Shown in pieces: positions 9,424-17,085 of a stretch of 50,401 nucleotides of DNA. The notes below the pieces were generated by a model that was given only the letters and a program-made list of their open reading frames with translations, was not told where the DNA came from and did not search any database. Position 1 is the stretch's first letter. Every line of letters begins with the position of its first letter. Location: sequence record DRR723986_8153; one strand, written 5' to 3'. Both the position numbers and the translations under genes were made by a program.

Positions 9424-9513
9424 TATTTTTGGATGGATAAATGGAATATTTGTCCTACCTGACTTAGAGAAGCCAGAAGGATTTAGCAAAGTCAAATTGA
9501 ATTGCTATCCGTT

Positions 9514-9891
9514 TTACCAGAAATAATGGAAGGGAAAAATTATTATTGGTGCAGTAAGCGAGCCTAAAAATGGCGAGCTCGAATAGATTAGATCCAATAA
9601 GGAATTAGTATCCTGAACAAATTTTGGGTCTAAAATTGACGAAAAAAGAACTGGCCAATGTCCCGTTCCTGAACCCAAATTCTCATTGGAGCTTTGCCTA
9701 CTGATCCTATTCCAATCAGGATTAACACAAGGCTGAAAATCAGAGAAATTTGCATCTCCTTTCGTAATGCTATAATTACCTCTATCCCCAAATTCACTTG
9801 CGTACACCTGCGCTCCCAATCCTGTAGAGGGCAAAACCACCCACAGCAGGAAATAGAAAACGAGGTAAACAAGTGAAATTATTTTTTTCAT
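9514..9891 (-). CDS. Hypothetical signal/TM-bearing protein ending IIFPFHYFW (candidate regulatory leader/arrest peptide)
   Basis: MKK plus hydrophobic N-terminus, polar middle, aromatic C-terminal motif at the stop; a promoter element lies 40 nt upstream. Confidence 0.7.
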   Translation of the reverse strand: MKKIISLVYLVFYFLLWVVLPSTGLGAQVYASEFGDRGNYSITKGDANFSDFQPCVNPDWNRISRQSSNENLGSGTGHWPVLFSSILDPKFVQDTNSLLDLIYSSSPFLGSLTAPIIIFPFHYFW

Positions 9892-9931
9892 TTTTTACGA
9901 AAAGAAGGCTCTTTATGGCACCAAAGCCGCA

Positions 9932-9939
9932 CAAAAGTA
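9932..9939 (-). promoter_or_regulatory. -7 promoter element for the 9891 ORF
   Basis: Minus strand TACTTTTG, a perfect TAnnTTTG. Confidence 0.6.
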
Positions 9940-9981
9940 AGTGAATCTTCGTTAGTTTTGATCTATTCCCAATTCTCGCTT

Positions 9982-11445
9982 ATGTCTGTAACGGCCGAAA
10001 ATATTCTTTTAATCAGTTCTCTTTTACTTTTAGCAGGTGTTTTGGCGAGCAAAACTGCTGGTAAGACCGGCATTCCTATGCTTCTGATTTTCTTAGGAGT
10101 TGGGATGCTGGCTGGTTCAGACGGGATTGGCGGGATTAGATTTGACAATCCTGCCATAGCACAGTTCCTAGGAATCATTGCACTCACCTATATTCTTTAC
10201 TCAGGAGGTATTGACACCAAGTGGCCAAGCATAAAGCCAGTACTCAAACCTGGAATCACACTTTCTACCTTAGGCGTTTTGCTAACGAGTTTTTCTCTGG
10301 GCGGGTTCGTTTATATGATTTCGGAGCTAAGCTTTCTTGAAAGCCTATTACTCGGATCTATCGTTTCCTCTACAGATGCCGCTGCTGTTTTCTCTGTTTT
10401 ACGGGCAAAAAGCATAGGATTAAAAGGGCATTTGAGACCGCTACTCGAATTGGAAAGCGGAAGTAACGATCCCATGGCATATTTCCTGACTGTTTCGATC
10501 CTCGGACTGATCACTTTAGAAACGGGTTCGATCTGGGAAATTATCCCTCTGTTTTTTATTCAGATGATTGTTGGCGGTTTATTAGGCTGGCTGTTTGGGA
10601 GAGCTACCGTATTATTAATCAATAAAATCAAACTGGATTTTGAAGGGCTTTACCCTGTGATGCTTCTTGCTTTAGTATTGATTACCTACACGACGACGGA
10701 TCTATTGAAGGGCAACGGATTTCTCGCCGTTTATATCAGTGCTATCACTGTTGGGAATGCCAATATGGCCCACAAGAAAAGCCTCATGAAATTCTTTGAT
10801 GGGATCGCATGGTTGATGCAAGTGATCATGTTCATCACTTTAGGTCTCTTGGTTTTTCCTAAGCAACTCTTCCCTGTCTCAGGAATTGCAATTTTAGCTG
10901 CACTCTTTTTGATTTTCGTCGCACGACCGCTAGGAGTGTTCATCTCACTTTCCTTTTTCAAATACAAGCTTCGCGAAAAGACTTTTATCTCCTGGGTGGG
11001 ACTCAGAGGAGCAGTTCCTATCGTATTTGCGACACTACCCCTGATCGAAAATATAGAAATGGCTTCTACGATTTTCCATATCGTCTTCTTCATCGTATTA
11101 GCTTCAGTTGCAATTCAGGCGACTACCCTTCCTATAGCTGCAAAACTCCTGCATCTCTCTCTACCGGCTTCCTTGAAGCGAAGATCTATGTTAGACATCG
11201 AGCTTTCTGATGATTTCAAGAATGCGATTCTGGAAGTTCAGCTACCAAGGAACAGCATGATTGCTGGGAAGAAAATTTTGCAATTGGGATTCCCAAATAC
11301 TTCTTTAATCGTACTTGTGAAAAGAAACGGAAAATTTATCACGCCAAATGGCCAAACCGAGCTGGAAGAATTGGACGAGCTTATGATCATGTTGGAAAAT
11401 GACCAGGAAGAGGAGCAGATAAAGAATCTCCTTCAGATTAAATGA
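9982..11445 (+). CDS. cvrA: Potassium/proton antiporter (CPA1, NhaP2/CvrA type) with C-terminal TrkA-C domain
   Basis: STDAAAVFS, ELESGSNDPMA, GNGFLAVY and WVGLRGAVPI motifs; many TM helices; ATG 9982. Confidence 0.92.
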   Translation: MSVTAENILLISSLLLLAGVLASKTAGKTGIPMLLIFLGVGMLAGSDGIGGIRFDNPAIAQFLGIIALTYILYSGGIDTKWPSIKPVLKPGITLSTLGVLLTSFSLGGFVYMISELSFLESLLLGSIVSSTDAAAVFSVLRAKSIGLKGHLRPLLELESGSNDPMAYFLTVSILGLITLETGSIWEIIPLFFIQMIVGGLLGWLFGRATVLLINKIKLDFEGLYPVMLLALVLITYTTTDLLKGNGFLAVYISAITVGNANMAHKKSLMKFFDGIAWLMQVIMFITLGLLVFPKQLFPVSGIAILAALFLIFVARPLGVFISLSFFKYKLREKTFISWVGLRGAVPIVFATLPLIENIEMASTIFHIVFFIVLASVAIQATTLPIAAKLLHLSLPASLKRRSMLDIELSDDFKNAILEVQLPRNSMIAGKKILQLGFPNTSLIVLVKRNGKFITPNGQTELEELDELMIMLENDQEEEQIKNLLQIK

Positions 11446-11628
11446 GGTAAGTCATAAGTTTTGACACCTAAGAAGTCGAACAATTTGCCAAACGCTTCTT
11501 CAAGTTCGGCAGATATTTATAAAAATCGACGGGATAATCAGAGGATTATTTACTTTCCATTTGCAGTATGACTGATAGTATTTCACCAAAAAAAATTAGC
11601 CCACCCCACTATTAAACCCGATAAGGAA

Positions 11629-11666
11629 GCGTCAGGAGAATCTAGCAAGAAAAATTCCCCTGACGC
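11629..11666. other. GC-rich hairpin in the convergent intergenic region
   Basis: GCGTCAGGAGAAT-N12-ATTCCCCTGACGC, 13-bp arms with one mismatch (G-U on the minus strand). Confidence 0.55.
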
Positions 11667-11808
11667 AGGAAAAATAAGAGTTGAAAAAGGAAAGCTCATA
11701 GCTTGAAAAGCATTTTAAAAAATAACCCAATCAAATCCTTGAGAAATTAGCAGAGATCATATTAATTATTTTGTTGGTGGCTGACCTATTCAGCTGGTTT
11801 CCAGCCCC

Positions 11809-11878
11809 CCGTCTTTCCTCTTCGCCCTTATGCCTCTCGGCTACAGTCTTTCACCAAGTGGCTCCCAAGACCAGACTC
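11809..11878. repeat. Degenerate period-7 tract
   Basis: ccgtCTt tcctCTt cgccCTt atgcCTc tcggCTa cagtCTt tcaccaa gtggCTc ccaagac cagaCTc; CT at positions 5-6 in 8 of 10 heptamers. Confidence 0.55.
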
Positions 11879-11879
11879 C

Positions 11880-12209
11880 TCACAACCTGCGAATCATCTC
11901 AATCAACTCCAGCTGGGCGTTTGCTTCAATTACATTTGCCTTGAGCCGGTAAAACTCCTCTTCAAGCAGCGTAAACTGTACATCAGGATGATAGGTCTCA
12001 ATCACAACCCGGTCAAATCCATCAAAGAAGGGATACTTTTCAAATTCAAATTCCATCCGGTCCAGATAGCTGCAGAAAGCATCAAAATTGAGCGCATCAA
12101 AGCTGATCATCGCTTGCTTATACATAAGCCCCATCCTGTCACAATCGGCACATTTAGTGAAAACAAAATCTTCCGTTTGATAGACTATTTCTGTTTTACA
12201 TGAGGACAT
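11880..12209 (-). CDS. Small Cys-containing hypothetical protein (DUF6686-like)
   Basis: 109 aa, N-terminal C...CxxC (CADC); sits in an iron-uptake locus. Family name recalled from memory. Confidence 0.7.
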   Translation of the reverse strand: MSSCKTEIVYQTEDFVFTKCADCDRMGLMYKQAMISFDALNFDAFCSYLDRMEFEFEKYPFFDGFDRVVIETYHPDVQFTLLEEEFYRLKANVIEANAQLELIEMIRRL

Positions 12210-12232
12210 AAGCTTCTTGGTTGAATGAAAGG

Positions 12233-12417
12233 AAAATAGTGCCTGGGATAAAAGCTAAGGTCGGTTTAGTTTCCAAATGCAGCCAATTTCCCAGGGCTTA
12301 GTTATACAGATAAGGTTATCTCTTAAGGCCTATGAAGTACTCAAAACCCAATTACTAGTACTAGGTGAGTTTAAATCATTTGACTCGTTTTATTTTTATT
12401 TAGATTAATTTTAAATT
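12233..12417 (-). ncRNA. Candidate Fur-repressed sRNA or long structured 5' leader
   Basis: Promoter at 12422-12453 and Fur-like box at 12398-12416; no real ORF; long imperfect hairpin at 12241-12297 followed by a U-rich tract. Confidence 0.45.
12398..12416. promoter_or_regulatory. Fur-box-like palindrome
   Basis: ATTTAGATTAATTTTAAAT; same motif family as the two copies upstream of the TonB receptor. Confidence 0.7.
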
Positions 12418-12421
12418 AAAA

Positions 12422-12453
12422 CAAATCTAAGCCATGAGAGCCAGTCTGGCAAG
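12422..12453 (-). promoter_or_regulatory. Bacteroidota sigma70-type promoter
   Basis: Minus strand CTTG-N20-TAGATTTG. Confidence 0.65.
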
Positions 12454-12502
12454 GATCTCTGGAATTATTTAAAGGTTTTTTGGAAGAAAAAGTAAGTGTA
12501 AA

Positions 12503-12537
12503 AGTTTAGAGTCCATAAACTACAGTCCACAGCCTGA
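12503..12537. repeat. Degenerate heptamer tandem repeat
   Basis: agtttag agtccat aaactac agtccac agcctga. Confidence 0.5.
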
Positions 12538-12602
12538 CAAAAGGAACTTCCATTCTTTATTTACAAACAGATACTAGCGATAGCGAATGATAAATCCTTC
12601 CT

Positions 12603-12638
12603 AAAATGCAGAAAGGCTGCAAAACCTTACAACCTTTC
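12603..12638 (-). terminator. Probable terminator of the TonB receptor-PepSY operon
   Basis: Minus strand GAAAGGTTGTAA-GGTT-TTGCAGCCTTTC then TGCATTTT, 25 nt after the stop. Confidence 0.6.
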
Positions 12639-12662
12639 CACCTTACCACTCTAAACTTAAAT

Positions 12663-13826
12663 TCAAGCTTCCGACAACACCATCTTCTCCTTAGCTTCAC
12701 CCTCAGATTCTTTCTTTGCCTTATTTCTCCTTCCCCACCAGATCAAAAATCCAGTCACTGGAAGTGAAGCGATAATCGCACTTAGGAAAAAAGCTAAGAT
12801 TTTACCCGGCAAACCCGCAATGGCGCCCACGTGCACATCATAGTTCATCCGCATAATTTTCTGGGCTACAGTTGCCTCTTCGAATCGGTTGTAAAAATGC
12901 TCCACAGGAAGTTCTTCCAAGGTATTCTGATCAAAATACCGGTAGTCAGACTTCCAATAAGTAGATGCGTCCGGATTTGCGTTGGCTGCAATAGCCGCTC
13001 CTTCGAAACCCGGAGGATGAACTTCTATCCAATCCGCATTTGGATATTCTGCATTCATCTTCATCCAAACCGCATCCAAAGCCGGGATTTCTCCCTGATA
13101 AGTCTGGGTGGAATCCGAAATTGGATCGTAATATTCTACAAATTTCTCCCCACCCGAAGCGACAAAATACAAAGTATCTCTGAACCATAAGAAGCCCCAG
13201 ACCAAACCTGTAATTGCAAAAACCAAGGCAAAAGTCATTACATAGAATCCTAAGACTTGATGCAGATCATAATTTTTTCTTCTCCATCGAGCAGACCACT
13301 TGACCTTCAGGCTTTGCTTCAAGTTCTTTTTCTTTGGCCACCAAAGAATCAAACCCGAAATCACCATAAATAGAAATACTAAGGTAAATGATGCCACTAC
13401 TGGCTGACCTATTTCCGGTGGAAGCCACAGGTAAAAATGTCCGTCTAATACGATTCGAAAAAAGTCAGCATACTCATCCTTTAGCTTGAGAACCTCACCG
13501 GAATAAGGATTGATGTATGCGATTTGGTAGTGGTCATTCCCTTCCCCATAGCTGAAGAATATAGCCTGAACAGATTTTTCTTTGGTAGGATAAAGAATCG
13601 CGTGTAAATGCCCTTCAGGAAAAGCCTTCTCTGCAATCGTAGTGATCTCACTCGGTGTCAAAACGGCAGTTTCCTGAGGTTCCACAAATAGAAATGGATA
13701 AGTCAATTCTTTGATTTCGGCCTGAAATGCGTAGATACAACCAGTAACTGCCACAATAAACACCACTAGCCCGGATGAAAGTCCGAGCCAGAGATGAAGT
13801 TTATTAATTGCCTTCTTTAGTTTCAT
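12663..13826 (-). CDS. PepSY-associated TM helix protein (iron-regulated; putative ferric-siderophore reductase)
   Basis: KLHLWLGL, LDGHFYLWL, YDLHQVLGFY and YDVHVG conserved His motifs; overlaps the receptor stop. Confidence 0.9.
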   Translation of the reverse strand: MKLKKAINKLHLWLGLSSGLVVFIVAVTGCIYAFQAEIKELTYPFLFVEPQETAVLTPSEITTIAEKAFPEGHLHAILYPTKEKSVQAIFFSYGEGNDHYQIAYINPYSGEVLKLKDEYADFFRIVLDGHFYLWLPPEIGQPVVASFTLVFLFMVISGLILWWPKKKNLKQSLKVKWSARWRRKNYDLHQVLGFYVMTFALVFAITGLVWGFLWFRDTLYFVASGGEKFVEYYDPISDSTQTYQGEIPALDAVWMKMNAEYPNADWIEVHPPGFEGAAIAANANPDASTYWKSDYRYFDQNTLEELPVEHFYNRFEEATVAQKIMRMNYDVHVGAIAGLPGKILAFFLSAIIASLPVTGFLIWWGRRNKAKKESEGEAKEKMVLSEA

Positions 13827-16204
13827 TAAAATCTATAATTGAGACTAAGTGATACATTTCTTAGATTCTGCGGGGTCACTGTGGACCAGCCTGAATAGTA
13901 CTTTTGATCTGTCAGATTATTGACCTTCAAGGCTAAGAAATATTGTGAGCCTGTATAAGATAGTGACGCGTTAAAAACCTGATAGGATGGAAGCTCAAAT
14001 GAGCCGATCACATCTCTGTTTATAGTAAGGTATTCACTGGCAGTGTTACCACCAAAGCCAAGTCCAAAGCCTTTCAATGCGCCCGCTGAGAAATTATAGC
14101 TTGCCCAAAAATTGAACAAATCTGCTGGTCCTGCTTCTTCAGGACGTAGTCCCAAGTACCCACTTTCAGCATAATCCTTGGTCACCTCTGCGTCATTGTG
14201 GCTAAACCCTGCCACCAAACTCAATCCGTCCACTGGACTTGCAATCACACTTAGCTCAAATCCTTTGCTGACTACCTCACCACCTTGGATAGAATTGTTC
14301 ACGTTGGTAGGATCAGTCATGACACGATTGCTCACTGTGATATTGTAGTAGCTGGCAGTTGCAGAGATTTTGTCGTTTAGCAAGTTGGTCTTCACACCAA
14401 ACTCATATTGGTTGGCTTTCTCAGCATCAAAAGTTTTAAAACGTGAATTGGTACCGTCGGCATCTGTCACGGTGGTTGGTGCTATATTTTTGAAGCCATT
14501 CATATAGTTTCCAAAGATGGAAACCTTGTCTTTCACTGGCTGGTAAACCACTCCGAATTTAGGAGAAACAGCTGTTTGCGTGTTTTCGTTGTTATCAGTA
14601 CCCCAGGCTTCATTTTTGAAGTTATCCACCCGTAGACTTGCCATCACAGAAAGCTGCGAAGTCAGTTCCAATACATCCGATACATAAGCACTCAAAACTC
14701 TCGTATTGCCTGTAGTATTTCCTTCGAACGTATCTTTAAGCAATTCATCCACTCCTGCTTGGGTCAAAACACCTGTGTCATTTCCATCAGAAAGTGTCAC
14801 TACGCCATTTCCAACCCAACCTGTGCTGCTATTAATCAAATCCTGATCGTAATAATCAACACCTACAATCATTTTATTTTTCATAGCTCCCAGCAGGAAA
14901 TTACCGATGAAATTTTGCTGAATGTCAGTGGAAATCGTCTGCGCATTTCTATCCGAAATATATCGGTAGAAAGAGTCTCCATCACTTCCATCAAATAGGT
15001 AGTGATAGTATCCGTCAGATTTGGTAGAGCTTCTGGAAACTACCGTCTGAGAAGTCCAGCTATTGGAAAGTTTGTAGAAAGCCTGAGCTTGAAGTGCATA
15101 CGAAGTATTGTTGATACTCAGCTCATTTCCAGTAAATGAACGCTCATAATTACGTTCAAAAGGATCAATCGAATCAAAAGTGATTGGATTTGATCTGTTC
15201 AAAAAGATCATCGGCGTATTAACTGAAGTGGCGTTCAAAAACTCGGTGTTGATCAGGAAGGAAAGCCTTTCGCTAGCCTGAAACTTAAATGAAGGGGCAA
15301 TGAAAAATGAATTTCTGTTTCCGGCATCCTGAAAGGTATTGTTGGACTGATATGCTGTATTTACACGCATAGAAGCATTTTCATTCAAAGGAACATTCAC
15401 ATCTCCTGTGATTCTATTTAACCCATAACTTCCTGTGATAAAACCAACTTCTCCTTTAAAGAAATCAGTGGGACGCTTGGTGGTGATATTGATCAAGCCT
15501 CCATAGGAAATCACTGAGCTACCGAAAAGCGTGCCTGATGGACCTTTGATCACATCCACAGTTTCGATATTTGCAGGATCAAGTCCACCATTATTTAAGC
15601 TTGGCATACCATTGACCATAGTTGGCTGGAGTGAAAAACCTCTCATTGAATAGTATTCTGCGCCGTCACCTCCACGCCCTGTAGATTCCCAAAGTCGGGT
15701 TATTCCAGTCGCATTTTTCAGTGCATCATTCATATTCGTTACCACTTGCTCTTTCAGAAGTTTGGAAGAAACTGAGTTGTAGACTTGCGGGTTTTCCAAA
15801 TCTGTCAGAGGAAGTTTAGCTACAGTAAAGTTGCTGTCAGAATAAAAGCGATTGGTACTCATATCCGTGACAATCACTTCATTGAGATCAGTAGAACTTT
15901 CTGACAAAGTGAAATTCACAGAAAGTATTTCTCCAGCACTTAACTGGATATTTTTCTCCTGCTTTTCAATACCTACAAACGAAGCATAAACAGTATAGCT
16001 ACCCGGAGCGATGTTCTTGATTTCAAAAAAACCATTTCTGTCAGTTGCATTGCCCTTCGCAAGGCCTTTGATCCCGACATTAACAAATTCCATCGGCTGG
16101 TCATCCGATGTCTTTACAAATCCTTTAATGCTGGCAGACTGGGCAAAAACGCCAAAAACGCAAAGGTAAAATAGGGTGGATAAGAGTAGAATTTTACGAT
16201 TCAT
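13826..16204 (-). CDS. TonB-dependent siderophore receptor with N-terminal carboxypeptidase-like domain
   Basis: Signal peptide (VFA-Q), plug motif VDVIKGPSGTLFG..GGLINITTK, C-terminal SLNYRF. Confidence 0.95.
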   Translation of the reverse strand: MNRKILLLSTLFYLCVFGVFAQSASIKGFVKTSDDQPMEFVNVGIKGLAKGNATDRNGFFEIKNIAPGSYTVYASFVGIEKQEKNIQLSAGEILSVNFTLSESSTDLNEVIVTDMSTNRFYSDSNFTVAKLPLTDLENPQVYNSVSSKLLKEQVVTNMNDALKNATGITRLWESTGRGGDGAEYYSMRGFSLQPTMVNGMPSLNNGGLDPANIETVDVIKGPSGTLFGSSVISYGGLINITTKRPTDFFKGEVGFITGSYGLNRITGDVNVPLNENASMRVNTAYQSNNTFQDAGNRNSFFIAPSFKFQASERLSFLINTEFLNATSVNTPMIFLNRSNPITFDSIDPFERNYERSFTGNELSINNTSYALQAQAFYKLSNSWTSQTVVSRSSTKSDGYYHYLFDGSDGDSFYRYISDRNAQTISTDIQQNFIGNFLLGAMKNKMIVGVDYYDQDLINSSTGWVGNGVVTLSDGNDTGVLTQAGVDELLKDTFEGNTTGNTRVLSAYVSDVLELTSQLSVMASLRVDNFKNEAWGTDNNENTQTAVSPKFGVVYQPVKDKVSIFGNYMNGFKNIAPTTVTDADGTNSRFKTFDAEKANQYEFGVKTNLLNDKISATASYYNITVSNRVMTDPTNVNNSIQGGEVVSKGFELSVIASPVDGLSLVAGFSHNDAEVTKDYAESGYLGLRPEEAGPADLFNFWASYNFSAGALKGFGLGFGGNTASEYLTINRDVIGSFELPSYQVFNASLSYTGSQYFLALKVNNLTDQKYYSGWSTVTPQNLRNVSLSLNYRF

Positions 16205-16229
16205 GTTGGTTTGGTTTTCAAATATTTCA

Positions 16230-16284
16230 CAAACATATTACTTAGATTAATTCTAAACAATAGTTATTTAGAATTAATCTAAAA
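16230..16284 (-). promoter_or_regulatory. Promoter with two tandem Fur-box-like palindromes
   Basis: TATGTTTG (16237-16230). Boxes ACTTAGATTAATTCTAAAC (16240-16258) and ATTTAGAATTAATCTAAAA (16266-16284). Confidence 0.78.
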
Positions 16285-16407
16285 AAAGTTAAGAGTCCGC
16301 TTTTTGCTTCCCTTTAGCTTTAACTGCATTGCCGGGTCAACTCCATATCTTTTACCTTATTATTTGGAAATACTTAAATTGAAGCAGAATCGCTCAGCAT
16401 AATTTTT

Positions 16408-17016
16408 ATGAAAAAACTTCCTCAACTGACTATTGCCAGCATTTCTATCTTCCTAGGCTTCACCTTTTGGGGAGCTGGTATGGCAAAACTTTTTCACGAT
16501 CACCAGTTTTTTGGATGGATTGGGCCGGTTTGGCTAATCGAAGAATTGGAACCCTATGGTTTGGGCTTCTACGGAAGGTTTATAGCTTTTAGCCAACTAA
16601 TAATTGGATACCTCTTAGTCACCACCCGCTACAAATTGCTTGGTAGCATTATGATGATTCCTTTGATCGGCAATATTTTAATGGTAACGATCTCCTTGCA
16701 ATGGAGTGGAACTCCGATCGTTTTAGCATTTCTTTTATTCTTAGACCTGATATTACTCTGGCAATACAGAGATTTTTTCAGACCCTTGATCGATGAAAGC
16801 AAAAGCAAATATGATATCAAGACTCGAAAAACACGCACTGAAAACGGTCACCTCACTTGGCTAGCAGGACTTGCCCTCCAGATTTTTGCAATTCAAGTTT
16901 CCTATTGGAACTGGATAGTGGCTTGCGGGATAGTTTTGATGGGGCTTGTCCTATCTGGGTTAAGCTTTTATGTAGACAGAATTTTGACCAAGAAGCATGA
17001 TTTAAGAATTACTTAA
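16408..17016 (+). CDS. DoxX-like membrane protein
   Basis: GFTFWGAGMAKLF...FIAFSQLIIGYLL pattern; about 6 TM helices. Confidence 0.7.
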   Translation: MKKLPQLTIASISIFLGFTFWGAGMAKLFHDHQFFGWIGPVWLIEELEPYGLGFYGRFIAFSQLIIGYLLVTTRYKLLGSIMMIPLIGNILMVTISLQWSGTPIVLAFLLFLDLILLWQYRDFFRPLIDESKSKYDIKTRKTRTENGHLTWLAGLALQIFAIQVSYWNWIVACGIVLMGLVLSGLSFYVDRILTKKHDLRIT

Positions 17017-17085
17017 TACGGCTTTTGAAAAGATCATGTCTTTTATGGGCTACTTTACATATATTTTTACTAAAACTCTGACTTA

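Noticed and set aside
11583-11699. 38-codon minus-strand ORF (MSFPFSTLIF...NFFW)
   Set aside because: No clear promoter or homology; it overlaps a hairpin and is probably chance.
11761-11879. Minus-strand purine-rich stretch with a GNRA-like hairpin (GCC-GAGA-GGC) suggesting a riboswitch or ribozyme
   Set aside because: No match to any aptamer core I recognise, it lies 3' of a gene, and the period-7 tract explains the composition better.
12332-12358. Plus-strand mini-ORF MKYSKPNY
   Set aside because: Eight codons with no plus-strand promoter; better read as the complement of the candidate RNA seed.
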